NCBI GenBank assembly: GCA_964234715.1
Contig: OZ174281.1
Source of the DNA: Podarcis melisellensis
Lineage: Eukaryota
Length of the DNA: 64,000 nucleotides
Reading direction: 5' to 3' (one strand)
In this document: positions 12,636 to 24,352 of the stretch, piece by piece
Layout of the letters: every line of letters begins with the position of its first letter
How positions within the stretch are numbered: the stretch's first letter is position 1
Translations under genes and position numbers: made by a program
Notes under the pieces: generated by a model
What the model saw: the letters and a program-made list of their open reading frames with translations, nothing else
The model's database searches: none
What the model was told of the DNA's origin: nothing

Positions 12636-13415
12636 TGAAATCTTGAATAAATTTCTCCTAAGTATTTTACAAATGAATGGAAAGAGCTGGTTTAAAAAAC
12701 ACAGTATAGCTTGACATTTATTCACTATATAAATTTTGAGATAATTGGAATTTATTTTGCTAGCATTTGTAAGAGTTGAAATAAAAGTGCTGAAAAACAA
12801 ATTTAGTTTAGTTGTCCCTACAGTAATCAATAATAAATGTATACACCTTAGAATATTTATGGTTGTGATATAATTTTAAGGAATTATTTAACATAAACCA
12901 TCAGCCCACATATTTATAGAATGGCACACAACTTAAATACCAGCATCTGTAGCGATGTATTTACTCTCTTTATCGACTATTTATATGGTCATGTTGCCCT
13001 ATGTGTGGAGTGCCACCTAGATTATTTTGTTTAGATCATTTGAAACTTGCTCCATGCATGTGGGTTTTCAAACAGCCCAGATCAACTCCTGGCTGAGGGT
13101 TCCATACCTGTTTACTGTGAATTACTACTGATACTATTTTGTCAAAAACTACACTAAGGGCTTATCTAGACTTCCTTTTGCAATCTGCTTTCCGAGCACA
13201 GGTGTGTGATTTCCATGTCCATGTCTGAGTGGGGCTTTTTTTCTCTCCTCCTGCTGCTTTCTCTGGGAAAACTCGCTGTTTACTGCAGAATTGGAACGAA
13301 CAGCAATCCTTGGGAAAACTGATGGACAAAAAGCCCACAATCGGACACGAAACTGGGAAGCATGGACTTGGTTACCCAGTGAACACTACCGGTTAAAAGA
13401 AAGAGGGAGACTTAC

Positions 13416-13553
13416 CTGGTCCATTGAGGAAGTCTTTAATCTGCAATGAGATGAGAGGAGGTGGGATGCCGCTTTTAGCATCGATTTCCCCTGCCACTGT
13501 CTGTAACCATGTCTTGCAATAGTCCAGAGTTTCTGGGAGAGTTTTTCCAGGGT
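13416..13553 (-). CDS. VPS13B: VPS13B coding exon (~human exon 35), 138 nt, phase 1/1
   Basis: Translates (D)PGKTLPETLDYCKTWLQTVAGEIDAKSGIPPPLISLQIKDFLNGP. Acceptor ctcttctcactgtggtAG, donor G|GTAAG. G+AC = Asp joins the previous exon. Confidence 0.98.
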
Positions 13554-15768
13554 CTACCACAGTGAGAAGAGTCTGGTTATGACATGTTGCTAATACACGA
13601 CAGCCAACAATGTAATAAAGTAGTGAAGGGAAGTAATGCACATTCATAGCTTTTAAATATCTATGGCTGGTTCATATACCATCTAGTTTATATAGATAAA
13701 GTCCTGGTTCATGTGACACAGTAAGGAAAATTGCAGGTTGATGGGAGAGTGAGAAGTGGTGGCCTTCTGGAAAGGAACTCACGGCTGCTTTTCTCCTCCC
13801 TGGTCCTTTCTGCTCCTGTGCAAACCCAAGTGTCCAAACCAGGCTTGTGATTATGGTATCTACTCACTAACCACAAACTGTAGCCAAGAACAAACCTTTA
13901 CAACAGCTCATGGTTAGGGAGGAGAGAACTAAACCAGAAGTATGGGGTCTGTCTAGGAGCCCATGCATTCAGCCGGCCCTGGCAAACCATGGTTTGGCTT
14001 ACTTTGTCTTGCAAACCGGGCCACAGTGTACACATATATCTCATATAAATACTATAATATGATAATTATAGAAATGGCTGCAAATCATCAGATACTACCA
14101 TCAAATGTTTAAAGGTGCCACGTATAAACAGTTAAGTTCAGTGCAACTAATAGGTGCCTATTAAACATGCATTCAAAATAGGTCTGTGATCTAATTTCTA
14201 ACTCTATTAGCAATGCATTGAGAATTTTGTAGCATTCTTTTCAAACGATAAGCACAAAAGTAAAAGCAAGCAAATAAGAAAAGGAATAAACTATAAACAA
14301 GCCTTAGAGATCAGAAAACCACATGTTTGGAAATGCAGTAGAGTGGTTCTACTTATGGGTTATTTGATACAGTTTGCAGTTTCACTGACATTGCAATCCC
14401 CTTTTACTACTAGGCTTTTGAAGTTAACTTCAGTAGCTTTTCCTCTTGGCCCTCTTTAATGAAACCCCTTTGCTCAATCCTTAATATTCCCAATTGTGAC
14501 TAAAAGTTCACATTTGGTACTTTTCAGTTCTCTGTCTTTCTTCATGTCCTGGACAATGTATATGAGAAATCAGCACTGCGTAAAACTTTTAAAATCTATG
14601 GCAACCCACAGTCTTTGTTATAATATTTCTATTGGGTGTTTTGTTTTCTGTTCTTAAGTAGCTGCAGTGCTTGAGCATTAAAAAGAACCGCTTTAAGAAT
14701 TTTAGCCACAAAATTGTTTCATTCTGGCTTAATCCCACACTGCATTACCACCACGACCCTTAATCCTCTTTTGTTCTATAGTGATGCTTGCAGAGAATAC
14801 TGCTCCCTGATAGTTAGATAATTTAAATATGTTACCAATAGCTTTATTCACAAGTAGGATGTGGTGCTTTCTTTTCAAGTACGGTAGTTTCATACCTTTG
14901 CTTATAGTCAACATATGGCAGTGTGGTGTGGACATATAAAAGTCTGTTTTGGAATGCATTTCTTGACTTAATCACAGGATTGCTATATAACCTGGCAGAT
15001 ATTGAACTTGTGTAATTTCAAATAACATACTGAAACCAAGTAATTGTGACTTTAGTTCTACATGGGAAGTCAAAGGTTAAACTAAAAGTTAGCACATTCC
15101 TCTGCCAGTTTTTCAATATCATTATTTGATCAATATTCAGGTCTTGATTTTACAACACTGTGCAAGCTTGCACTATATGTTTTACAATAAGCTCTCCCTT
15201 TTCTTTCACTTAAAATTACTGCCTGCTCCACTGGTAATTACAAAAGAATACAATACTGGATAGCTTAAAGGCATTTTCTGCATAGAATGCCCTTCAGCAC
15301 CAAGATTGGGTGTTTTGTATTGTATAATTGTTCATTTTATTTATTTCCAATATTCGTATACAATTTTCATCAGAATAGATCACAAAGCAAAGAAAAAGCA
15401 AAAATGCATATGTAAAACAGCACTGTATTGAAAACTTTAAAATCCAGAAATAATATATAAAACATCCAACTACTTTTGCCTTTTTAAAGGTGTCAAAGAG
15501 ATTATAATTGTTCATCGGATACTATAGATTCTCATGCACTAAAATTAAATTTGTCATACTGCAATCCAATTATGCTAGGTTACTTTATATGCGTCCTTAA
15601 ATTCAAATTCTCATTCTTTCTATAAAACCAAGTATATCTGTTTAACTGACAAATTAAAAAATAACAACTCATTAATATTCACCTGAGAGTTCTTAAATAA
15701 CTCAAACTGAAACTGTTGATTTTTCAACAAATGTATGTTTCCTAACAGTACATTCATATTGTTCTTAA

Positions 15769-15867
15769 CCTTTAAAACATCTGAATTGCTCCATGTAAAA
15801 TGGAGTGCTTGCTGTGGAGCAGCACAATTCTTCTTAGGGCATCTTTCTTTTAGGCAGTACTGCCTTA
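15769..15867 (+). repeat. Left arm of a 99-bp inverted repeat (partner 19726-19824)
   Basis: Hand alignment to the reverse complement of 19726-19824 gives 86/99 identical, ungapped. Confidence 0.9.
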
Positions 15868-15870
15868 AAA

Positions 15871-15990
15871 TAGGGCTGCCATACGCCCAGATTTTCCCGG
15901 ACACTATTGGGATTTCAAAGGCAGAATTGATTTCCTGGGGGAATTTCCGAAAGGTGGCGCTTTGTCCTGGATCAATCAAAAAATTGTGTT
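15871..15990. mobile_element. Truncated hAT (Blackjack-like) element end
   Basis: Begins TAGGGCTGCCATACG and has CCGGAC/GTCCTGG subterminal motifs. The other end was not found. Confidence 0.5.
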
Positions 15991-16006
15991 TTTGTAAAAA
16001 AGAACA

Positions 16007-16032
16007 ACACACACACACACACACACACACAC
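16007..16032. repeat. (AC)n microsatellite
   Basis: Direct reading. Confidence 0.98.
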
Positions 16033-16474
16033 CCCACACAACCCTAGAGAATGCACCAGATGTAAGATTAATTAAATGAGGGTATCCATTAGACCTGTCA
16101 ATCCCTATCAAAATTTTTGAGATTGCTAAAATGGATACTTAACGAACTATGTCTGAAGGAGAAATTGCATACGTTCACTGATTCTGTCTGAGAAACATAT
16201 TCCATTTATTTTCTAATGGAATATGCTTCACAATTTTGTAAATTTAGATAAAGAAAAAGATTACTGGGAGGGCACATAATCTGAATAACCTGATGATTTG
16301 TATTATATAAAAACCATCATCCTAATGAATCATGGGTAAACTAGTGAAAAGCACGATTAAAACTAGAATTACAGAACATGTCGATGTGCTGTGATTTCAG
16401 CACAGGGAAGTCTTGCCTCACCAGCCACTTAGAATTGTTGTATCAAAAAATTCAAAATGTAATATAGAGGAGGA

Positions 16475-16668
16475 ATGGCATCTTAATGGTACAAGCTCAT
16501 GTTCTGCATACAGAAGATCCCAGGTTCAATCCCTGGCACACCTAAGTTAACAGGATCATGTAGAAGGTTTCAGAAAGTTCACTGCTGGGAGAGATCTACT
16601 GCCAGTCAGAGTAGACAAAACTGGGGCAGATGGGAGAAGTCCAACCCGATATAAGGCAGCTTTCTATG
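16475..16668 (+). mobile_element. tRNA-derived squamate SINE (Squam3-like)
   Basis: B-box GGTTCAATCCC, followed by ctgccagtcagagtagacaa...ataaggcagcttt ctatg. Confidence 0.75.
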
Positions 16669-17048
16669 CAGCTGGTGCAGTCTATAAATAAGTAGGTACT
16701 GTATTCTATACTTCCAACTTTCAAAAAGCTTTGACAAAAGTCATTCAGATTCTTAAGGGGGGGAAATATAGGCAGGAAGGCATGCTGATGTATTATTAGC
16801 ATGACAGAATTAAGAAGCAGAGATTAGGAATAAATTGACAGTGGAGAAAAGTAGCGTTTCCTATCATATTAGCAGAGAGAAAGAAATAGTAACTTCCTCC
16901 TCCAGTGTCCCAACCTATCACACCAGATCAGGAACAGGCTGCAATGGCTTCTTTATAGAACATCTGTGGTGTATGTATTATCACACTTCCATATGAGGAG
17001 CTTCCTTGCTGTCTTCAGCTTCAGGGCAGCTCTGCCCACAAGCTAGAG

Positions 17049-17050
<2 letters not shown>

Positions 17051-17082
<32 letters not shown>
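17051..17082. repeat. (AC)16 microsatellite
   Basis: Direct reading. Confidence 0.98.
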
Positions 17083-17085
<3 letters not shown>

Positions 17086-17856
17086 TTTTCTTATTTCAGA
17101 ACCCTACATTTTCTTTGGAAGATACCACTTTCCCCCACAAAGTACTAACAGATGATCCATCAGACCCGAGCTGCAGGAATTGGCTTGAATATTAATGCTA
17201 CTAACTGAATTAAATAGTTTAAACAATGTCATGCACAGTTCCCAATGACATATTTTCTGGTAATAAAGAATACATGCCAAATATCCCTGAGATGTGTGTG
17301 GCAAATCTAATTTTTAATTTTTTTTTAAACCGCCAAATGATGACGCTGACACGATAGGATGACCACATTCCTCATGAGTGATGGAATAGTGAGTTTTGAC
17401 CACAAATCCTGACAATTATGAGACAATTAAAACTTCTTGGAGCCACATTGCTGCTTTGTTTGGTCAAAGTAAAGTCACATTTATTTTTCTTAGTAGTCTG
17501 TGCTTTAAGGGTTGAAGTTTTGAAAATAAAGCCAATGAAATACTGCTAAATAAGCCACCACAACAACGGCTTTGATGCAATACTGGTTACTTGATAAAAT
17601 ACCTTAATTTAAATCTGGTTGTTTGTTTATAGGTTTAAATAGTTAAGAGGCACCACAGACACGGGCACAAAGAGGAGAGAGATGGCAATGGGCAGATGGA
17701 CTAGATACAAAGCTGACACCATTCAAGCAAGTGGCCAAACAGTAGCACGGTAAGTAAGTGTCTGTGTCTGGTTGCTAGAATTACCAGTACCCCTCTTTAC
17801 AGTGGAACTCAGAATTCAGAAACTTTCGTGAACAGAAAGTATTCCAAAATGGAATA

Positions 17857-18074
17857 CAGAGGTACCTCGGGTTAAGTACTTAATTCGTTCCGGAGGTCCG
17901 TACTTAACCTGAAACTGTTCTTAACCTGAAGCACCACTTTAGCTAACGGGGCCTCCTGCTGCCGCTGGAGCCCAATTTCTGTTCTTATCCTAAAGCAAAG
18001 TTCTTATGCTGAAGCACTATTCCTAGGTTAGAAGAGTGTGTAACCTGAAGCGTATATAACCCGAGGTACCACTG
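17857..18074. mobile_element. Tc1/mariner (Tigger-like) MITE, copy 2
   Basis: TA|CAGAGGTACCTCGGGTTA...TAACCCGAGGTACCACTG|TA; same family as 8704 and 62318. Confidence 0.92.
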
Positions 18075-19725
18075 TAGTTCATGGCTGAAGCAGTCAATTC
18101 ATTCATTAATCTACATTCTAGATGCCAGTAAAGTCCTGAAAACAGGGAAAATGACCTACCTGATGACCACACACTAGACCCATCTGAGGAGCACGTGCTA
18201 TTACATATACTAGTGATGCTGCTTTAAAATACTCCTGTTACATCTCAGAATAGAGAAAGAAAAGTGTGTATGGTCCCCACTGTTGTCATCACCATTTATT
18301 CCTTATAAAAGTATTAAAAATATACTTGGTGCTATACACTAATACAGCACACAGGCCCTGCTCACATGTTCAAAATCTAAACTACACAAAAACAGAGGGG
18401 ATTTTAGAGGCAAGGTGAAAACTTTGCACTTGCTGGGTACATCTAAAGTACCTCTTTGGATCCCGGCCAAGGTATCAGTACAGTTTCTTCAGTATTTTAT
18501 TCTACAGACAGCTTTAGTACAGATGGCATTTATTCTCACTATGATTTTACTCTCCTTTTTGCTCAAAACATTTAACAAACTTGTTAATATCTTTAGGCAG
18601 AAATTTGGAGAATAAAAATGTGGTGTATTACATCTAAATCTAACCATGTATTTCTTTTCTGAAAATGAAATGGATTGCCCAAAGTTTGGCAAGAGGAGAA
18701 AGATTGCTGCTGTTAATCTTAAAGCCATCACATGCTGAAGAAGTTAAAGTAAATCTAGGCCAACGATTTCAAATATGAATATCCATATTTTGGAGCGATA
18801 GAGAAACAGTATCTCAGATCAAAATTCTTCCATTTGTCAGTTTTGTCAGCGAGAAGATTGGTCTTTTCTTTCCTATTTAATGCTTGTTACTGGCAATGGA
18901 CTTAAGTAGAAAATCATTCTGTTTCAGGTCATTTCTTTTTCATCCTTTTCTGCAAATGATGCACATACATACCAATATGGTAGTCCTTACTTCTGTACAC
19001 GATCAGCCACAATAAGCTAGGAAGCTAGCTAGTCCATCTAGCCTAGTATTGTCTATGCTGGCTGACTCTCCAGTGTTTTAGGTTGGGGGTGGAACCTGGG
19101 ATCTTTTGTTCTTGCCTATTTAAGTGCCACCTAAAAAGGCCCCCAAAGTGGCTCAGAAAGGATGCCACACAAAAACAAAATTCTAATACATTTTGAAAAC
19201 ATTCAAACGCACTCAGGTTTCTGCCAAAAAAGTAAGGGATCTCCCCACCACCACCACCCCTGCCTGATCTCAGAGAGCAGGAGAAAAACCTTAGGTAGCA
19301 GCTCCTTCTAAGGGTCCCAGGCAGCAGGGTGGTTGATAGTTCCTGCACGGTCCTTCCCTTCTGTGCAAAGGTCCTCTTAGTTGTGGCCACTTCCCCACAA
19401 ATGTCTGTGCAGTATTCATATCACCCTTTGAACTCAAACCCCTGACGTTACCAAGTGGACAAATGGCTGACACGACGTTTTCAGGAGTGAAAATGGGGTT
19501 GAGATAGCAGCATGGAACAGACCCTTCAAAACAACACTGATATGCAATCATATCTTTTTAAGAATCATTGGGGAACCCCAGCCAAATGTGCATTGCTCAA
19601 GTAGAGCCCCCAGGGAAAAACCAGCAGATCCAGATTCCCTTTAATACTTGGATCTGATAAGCCGACTAGAAGGCTTTTCATGGGCCCAAATGTTTTTAAA
19701 GCAGCACTTACAAAGGCAGTACTCC

Positions 19726-19824
19726 TAAGGCAGTGCTGCTTAAAAGAAAGATCTCATAGGAACAACAGTACTACTCCACAGCAAGCACTCCATTTTATAT
19801 GGAGCAATTTAGATGTTTTAAAGG
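19726..19824 (-). repeat. Right arm of the 99-bp inverted repeat (partner 15769-15867)
   Basis: See the left arm. The shared peptides in ORFs 15620/15735 and 19680/19754 reflect this repeat. Confidence 0.9.
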
Positions 19825-19834
19825 TTAATAGTGA

Positions 19835-20285
19835 CATAGTTAAAGCTATGGTTTTCCCAGTAGTGATGTATGGAAGTGAGAGATGGACCATAAAGAAGGC
19901 TGATTGCCGAAGAATTGATGCTTTTGAATTCTGGTGCTGGAGGAGACTCTTGAGAGTCCCATGGACTGCAAGAAGATCAAACGCATCCATTCTTAAGGAA
20001 ATCAGCCCTGAGTGCTCACTGGAAGGACAGATCCTGAAGCTGAGGCTCCAATACTTTGGCCACCTGATGAGAAGAAAAGACTCTCTGGAAAAGACCTTGA
20101 TGTTGGGAAAATTGAGGGCACAAGGAGAAGGGGATGACAGAGGACGAGATGGTTGGACAGTGTTCTTGAAGCTACCAGCATGAGTTTGACCAAACTGCGG
20201 GAGGCAGTGGAAGACAGGAGTGCCTGGCGTACTCTGGTCCATGGGGTCACGAAGAGTCGGGCACAACTAAACGACTAAACAACAA
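19835..20285 (+). mobile_element. BovB (RTE-clade) LINE, 5'-truncated 3' end
   Basis: IVKAMVFPVVMYGSERWTIKKADCRRIDAFEFWCWRRLLRVPWTARRSN...LKLRLQYFGHLMRR is the BovB ORF C-terminus. 3' end gtcacgaagagtcgg...aaacaacaa. Confidence 0.96.
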
Positions 20286-20502
20286 TGAAATTCATGTACT
20301 GGTTTGTGCGAGAAAAGGGGGAAACACTTCAAACTGAAACGTTTAGCTATACAGTACTGCTTTCTTAAGATTTTTTTTAAAAATGTTTCTGAACTTGAGC
20401 AGAGGCCAGATTATGTGGTCATGAAGGAAAGCTGTCCATTGTACATCAAGGTAATCTCTGAACAAAAGAATTATTATTCTGCCAGACATTAAATGGTCTT
20501 AC

Positions 20503-21205
20503 CTGTGCACTTGTAGTCTGAAGCTACACCTTTAAGGACAGCATCAAACACAGATATTTCCACTCTCTGCTTTCTATGATGACAGCTTAAGATCAAAGAA
20601 GGTTGGGATACGACAAGGTGCAAAAATGGTTCTAACTGCAAGTCACTAGTTCCCCTGCGACCAGGCTGTCGAACAATAGTTATGCCCAAGGCTTGCCTAG
20701 CGGATGATCTTGTAGAAGCATGAAGACTTTCAAGAGATAGAAGACCTGCTTTTTTCCCAGAAGGCAGTGAACTGTTAGCATTCAATAGGTTGAATGCTGT
20801 TACAGATGAAATGCCTGCTCCGCTGGGCTTCTTGAAATCGTGCTCAGCTCTCAAGTTTGCTTCAGGAAGGTTTAATGAAGTTTTGGCTGCTTTCTCTCCA
20901 TCTTTCTGATCTTCCATCGATTTTGATTTAGGTAAAGTGGCACATGAGTAAGTCATGAAGGATATTCGGCTTGCTGTAATAAAAATATCAAAGGGAATGA
21001 AGTTCAGGTTCTTCACGATAGAAGACTGCCGAGAAGGACGGGCAATGCGGTGATGGCTGGTACCACTGTGTTGTTCTATTTGGACTATTCTGATTTTAAC
21101 ACTGTCACTGCCAATGCCACTGTCTTGGGCTCCACTGTAACGTGAAGATGTTTCAGTCATGCCTCCATCAGACGTATCCATTTTTTTCTGTTCCTGTTTG
21201 GAAAC
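20503..21205 (-). CDS. VPS13B: VPS13B coding exon (~human exon 34), 703 nt, phase 0/1
   Basis: Translates VSKQEQKK...YSGAQDSGIGSDSVKIRIVQIEQHSG...NLNFIPFDIFITASRIS...LKGVASDYKCT, inside ORF 20489..21277. Acceptor ttttcttcccAG, donor G|GTAAG. Confidence 0.99.
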
Positions 21206-21574
21206 CTGGGAAGAAAAATAGCATATTAACTTAAAACAGTCATATCCTAAGTATTTCCATTTTACAACATAAAACAATTGCTATATAAACATGAGGTCAA
21301 GAGAGAGAGAATTCTATAAAAAAAGAAACTTGCCAAGTTAACTTTTAAAATAGGAATCACTCATGAAAACTCAGCAGGTGTCTGTTCCAGAGAAATGGTG
21401 ACTCATATTTAATGACATGCTAGTGAAAGATGTGGCAGGAGGAATACATGTTTCCTACGTTCAAACTAATTTGTTTTTCAGACCATTTACGAATTCAAAA
21501 GATAGTGTGTCAGCCAATTAAAGATGTTTGAAATGATCAGCTGCCTTTTAAGTAATTAATTATATTTAAATAAC

Positions 21575-21825
21575 AGACCTGGGTGAAGGTATTGAGGGGA
21601 TGCTCATCAAATTTTCAGAGGACATCAAACTGGGAGGGGTAGTTATTGCCACAGAAGACAGACTCAGGATTCATGATGATCTTAACAGATTGGAAAACTG
21701 GGCCCAAACTAATACAATGAATTTCAATAGGGACAATGGTAAGGTTCTACACTTAGGCAGGAAGAACCAGCTGCACAAATATAAGATGGATTGGGGGGGG
21801 GCACCTGGCTTGCCAGTAGTATATA
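21575..21825 (+). mobile_element. CR1 LINE RT fragment
   Basis: MLIKFSEDIKLGG...DDLNRLENWAQTNTMNFNRDNGKVLHLGRKN resembles the CR1 consensus LIKFADDTKLGG...KCKVLHLG. A CR1-type 3' end (...ccttccagctcc...atgattctat) lies at ~22235-22284. Confidence 0.88.
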
Positions 21826-23892
21826 GTATTTAAAATTGCTGGCTGGATTACTGATCTGCTGCTGTGACACCATGATTACCCACAAAATTCTTCCTTTAAA
21901 AAAAAATATTATTAGAACTTCTATAACTCAATTGTTGCTATAGGCCCCTGTTGTGATGCCAAAATATTTTTTCTGTCATCCCCCAAAGCTTACATATTTG
22001 TCAATTATTATCAAAATAAATAAAAATAAAACAATATTTGTTACTGACTGCTTCATAGCCTCCCCGCCCCGCAGCCATGATTCTGTGGAGCCAAAAGACT
22101 TTTCTGAGCCCCACCCCTGAGAACTCATTCTTAACAAAATTATCACTGGCTGTTCTGCAGGCACATTTGCAAGGCTATGCAGGGTCCAGTATGGTTTCAA
22201 AGTAGATTGGAGGGGGCCACATGTTGAGATTTGGAGTAGATGACCCTCAAGGTTCCTTCCAGCTCCACCATTTTATGATTCTATCCCCACTTATACATTT
22301 CTGCCACACCCAGTTTGGCCCCAGGAGGAGAGAGTGGAGCATGAGTCAGTATGGTCCTCAGCCTGAAAAAGTTTAGTCACCCCTGCTGTAGAGAAAATAT
22401 GACCAGTTCCTTCAGCGAGCCACTTGTTTGCCTTTCACATCTTTAAACCATCTTGGTCGCTAACAGGATGTTGTGTGTTGAAGTCATGACGACAAACAAG
22501 TCCTGCTGACTTTGTTCCCACTCAGTGCATTGCTGTGTACCACAAGAACTGTTGAGTGGTTAAGCAAAGAATTGGGACTAATGCCACTGTCTTCCCAATA
22601 GGCCTGTTGCTAAAGAAAGGCAATATGGTCCACTTAGAAGATGTTCAGCATAAAATATATAAGAAAAAAATCCCCACTGAAATGTGTCCACATAGTGACT
22701 TTTTATGAGTCAAAGGAAACAACTATTTCCTTAGACCTATCAATTTACTGAAGCATAGCTTTGCAAAGAGAAACATTAATACTATAAATTTTTGTTTTCT
22801 AGTTACAGATTTTCCAACTTGAATTCAATACCTATTTCTTAAAGTTCTGCACTGATTGCCGTAACCCTGACAAACCCATGATATTTAAATATCCTGGGAT
22901 GGCTTTTGAAGCAGGCTGGAAAAGTCTTTATATTAAACACAGGCTGATCTGAGTAGGAGTGGTGAGTCCTGTGCTGATATTGCACAGTATACAGCAGGCA
23001 CTATCAATTAATGACAGAGAAGCATGATTCCCCACCCTGCTTTTTAATGCCCAAATCCCTGGTTCTATCTTGAACAGGCATTTTCTATTAACGCATTGTC
23101 ACATGGTTTTTGCTTCTAAAAAAAGTATTGTACAAAACAGAACAGCAGCCTTATTTTTCAAAATATTATGCAAAATAGAACATTGGTTTGAGTATGTGTC
23201 TCACTAATAAATTAGTAAAAATTGTTTTGAAGCACTGTATACAATTTTTTTATCATGCAAATCCAGAAGTGCAAGCTGTTGCACAAAAAAGTAGAATATA
23301 TTAAACCAAACCATAAAATCCACCCCCCCAAAAAAACCCAATAAAGCAATATATAAGAAAAGCTTGATAAAGCCATCAATCACTAGTCACAACAGGCCAG
23401 TACTGTCTCTAGAAAGCAGCCAGACTTGGAGTTAAACTGGCTTCTGAGGGGAGGGAGTTGCATAGCTAGAAAGTACACCAGCATTATCACCTTTTGATGT
23501 TCTGACTTGGCACACAGGCAATGCCTCGAGGAAAGTATATCCAGCAGACCTTAAGGGCTATGGCAAGACACACAGATCTGCTAGGGATGATCTCTGGGAG
23601 GATATATATCGTTATATGTCACTTAGCCAGTTACTGAGTTGGGATTTGCAGCTATTAACTTTAAAAGGCAAGCTTGGCAATAAATCTGGGCATCAAATGG
23701 AATATCCTTTTATACTGGTGAACAATTCCAAATGCAAGAACTCTAAAAACGTTCCATGCTTTATTATGGAAGAAATGGGCCAATATTTTAAAGATGTCAA
23801 AAGCACCAATATCGGCTTCCTGATAGCAAATGTAATGGCAACATTTATCGCTGAGCTGCATTTATATCAGTTCACTTACTCTTTACATAACC

Positions 23893-24352
23893 NNNNNNNN
23901 NNNNNNNNNNNNNNNNNNNNNNNNNNNNNNNNNNNNNNNNNNNNNNNNNNNNNNNNNNNNNNNNNNNNNNNNNNNNNNNNNNNNNNNNNNNNNNNNNNNN
24001 NNNNNNNNNNNNNNNNNNNNNNNNNNNNNNNNNNTTNNNNNNNNNNNNNNNNNNNNNNNNNNNNNNNNNNNNNNNNNNNNNNNNNNNNNNNNNNNNNNNN
24101 NNNNNNNNNNNNNNNNNNNNNNNNNNNNNNNNNNNNNNNNNNNNNNNNNNNNNNNNNNNNNNNNNNNNNNNNNNNNNNNNNNNNNNNNNNNNNNNNNNNN
24201 NNNNNNNNNNNNNNNNNNNNNNNNNNNNNNNNNNNNNNNNNNNNNNNNNNNNNNNNNNNNNNNNNNNNNNNNNNNNNNNNNNNNNNNNNNNNNNNNNNNN
24301 NNNNNNNNNNNNNNNNNNNNNNNNNNNNNNNNNNNNNNNNNNNNNNNNNNNN
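23893..24352. other. Assembly gap (460 nt of N with an isolated TT at 24035-24036)
   Basis: Run of N. Confidence 1.

Noticed and set aside
16475-16560. tRNA gene
   Set aside because: The A/B-box-like head continues into a SINE body and does not form a full cloverleaf. The same holds for 31563 and the Sauria SINE heads.
15765-19828. Firm call of a 4-kb piggyBac transposon
   Set aside because: TTAA-bounded inverted repeats are present, but I saw no transposase remnant, homology may extend past the TTAA, and the interior looks like ordinary intron. Kept only as a finding.
19680-20266. 167-aa and 170-aa ORFs as host genes
   Set aside because: They are the BovB 3' fragment and its antisense frame, fused to an inverted-repeat arm.
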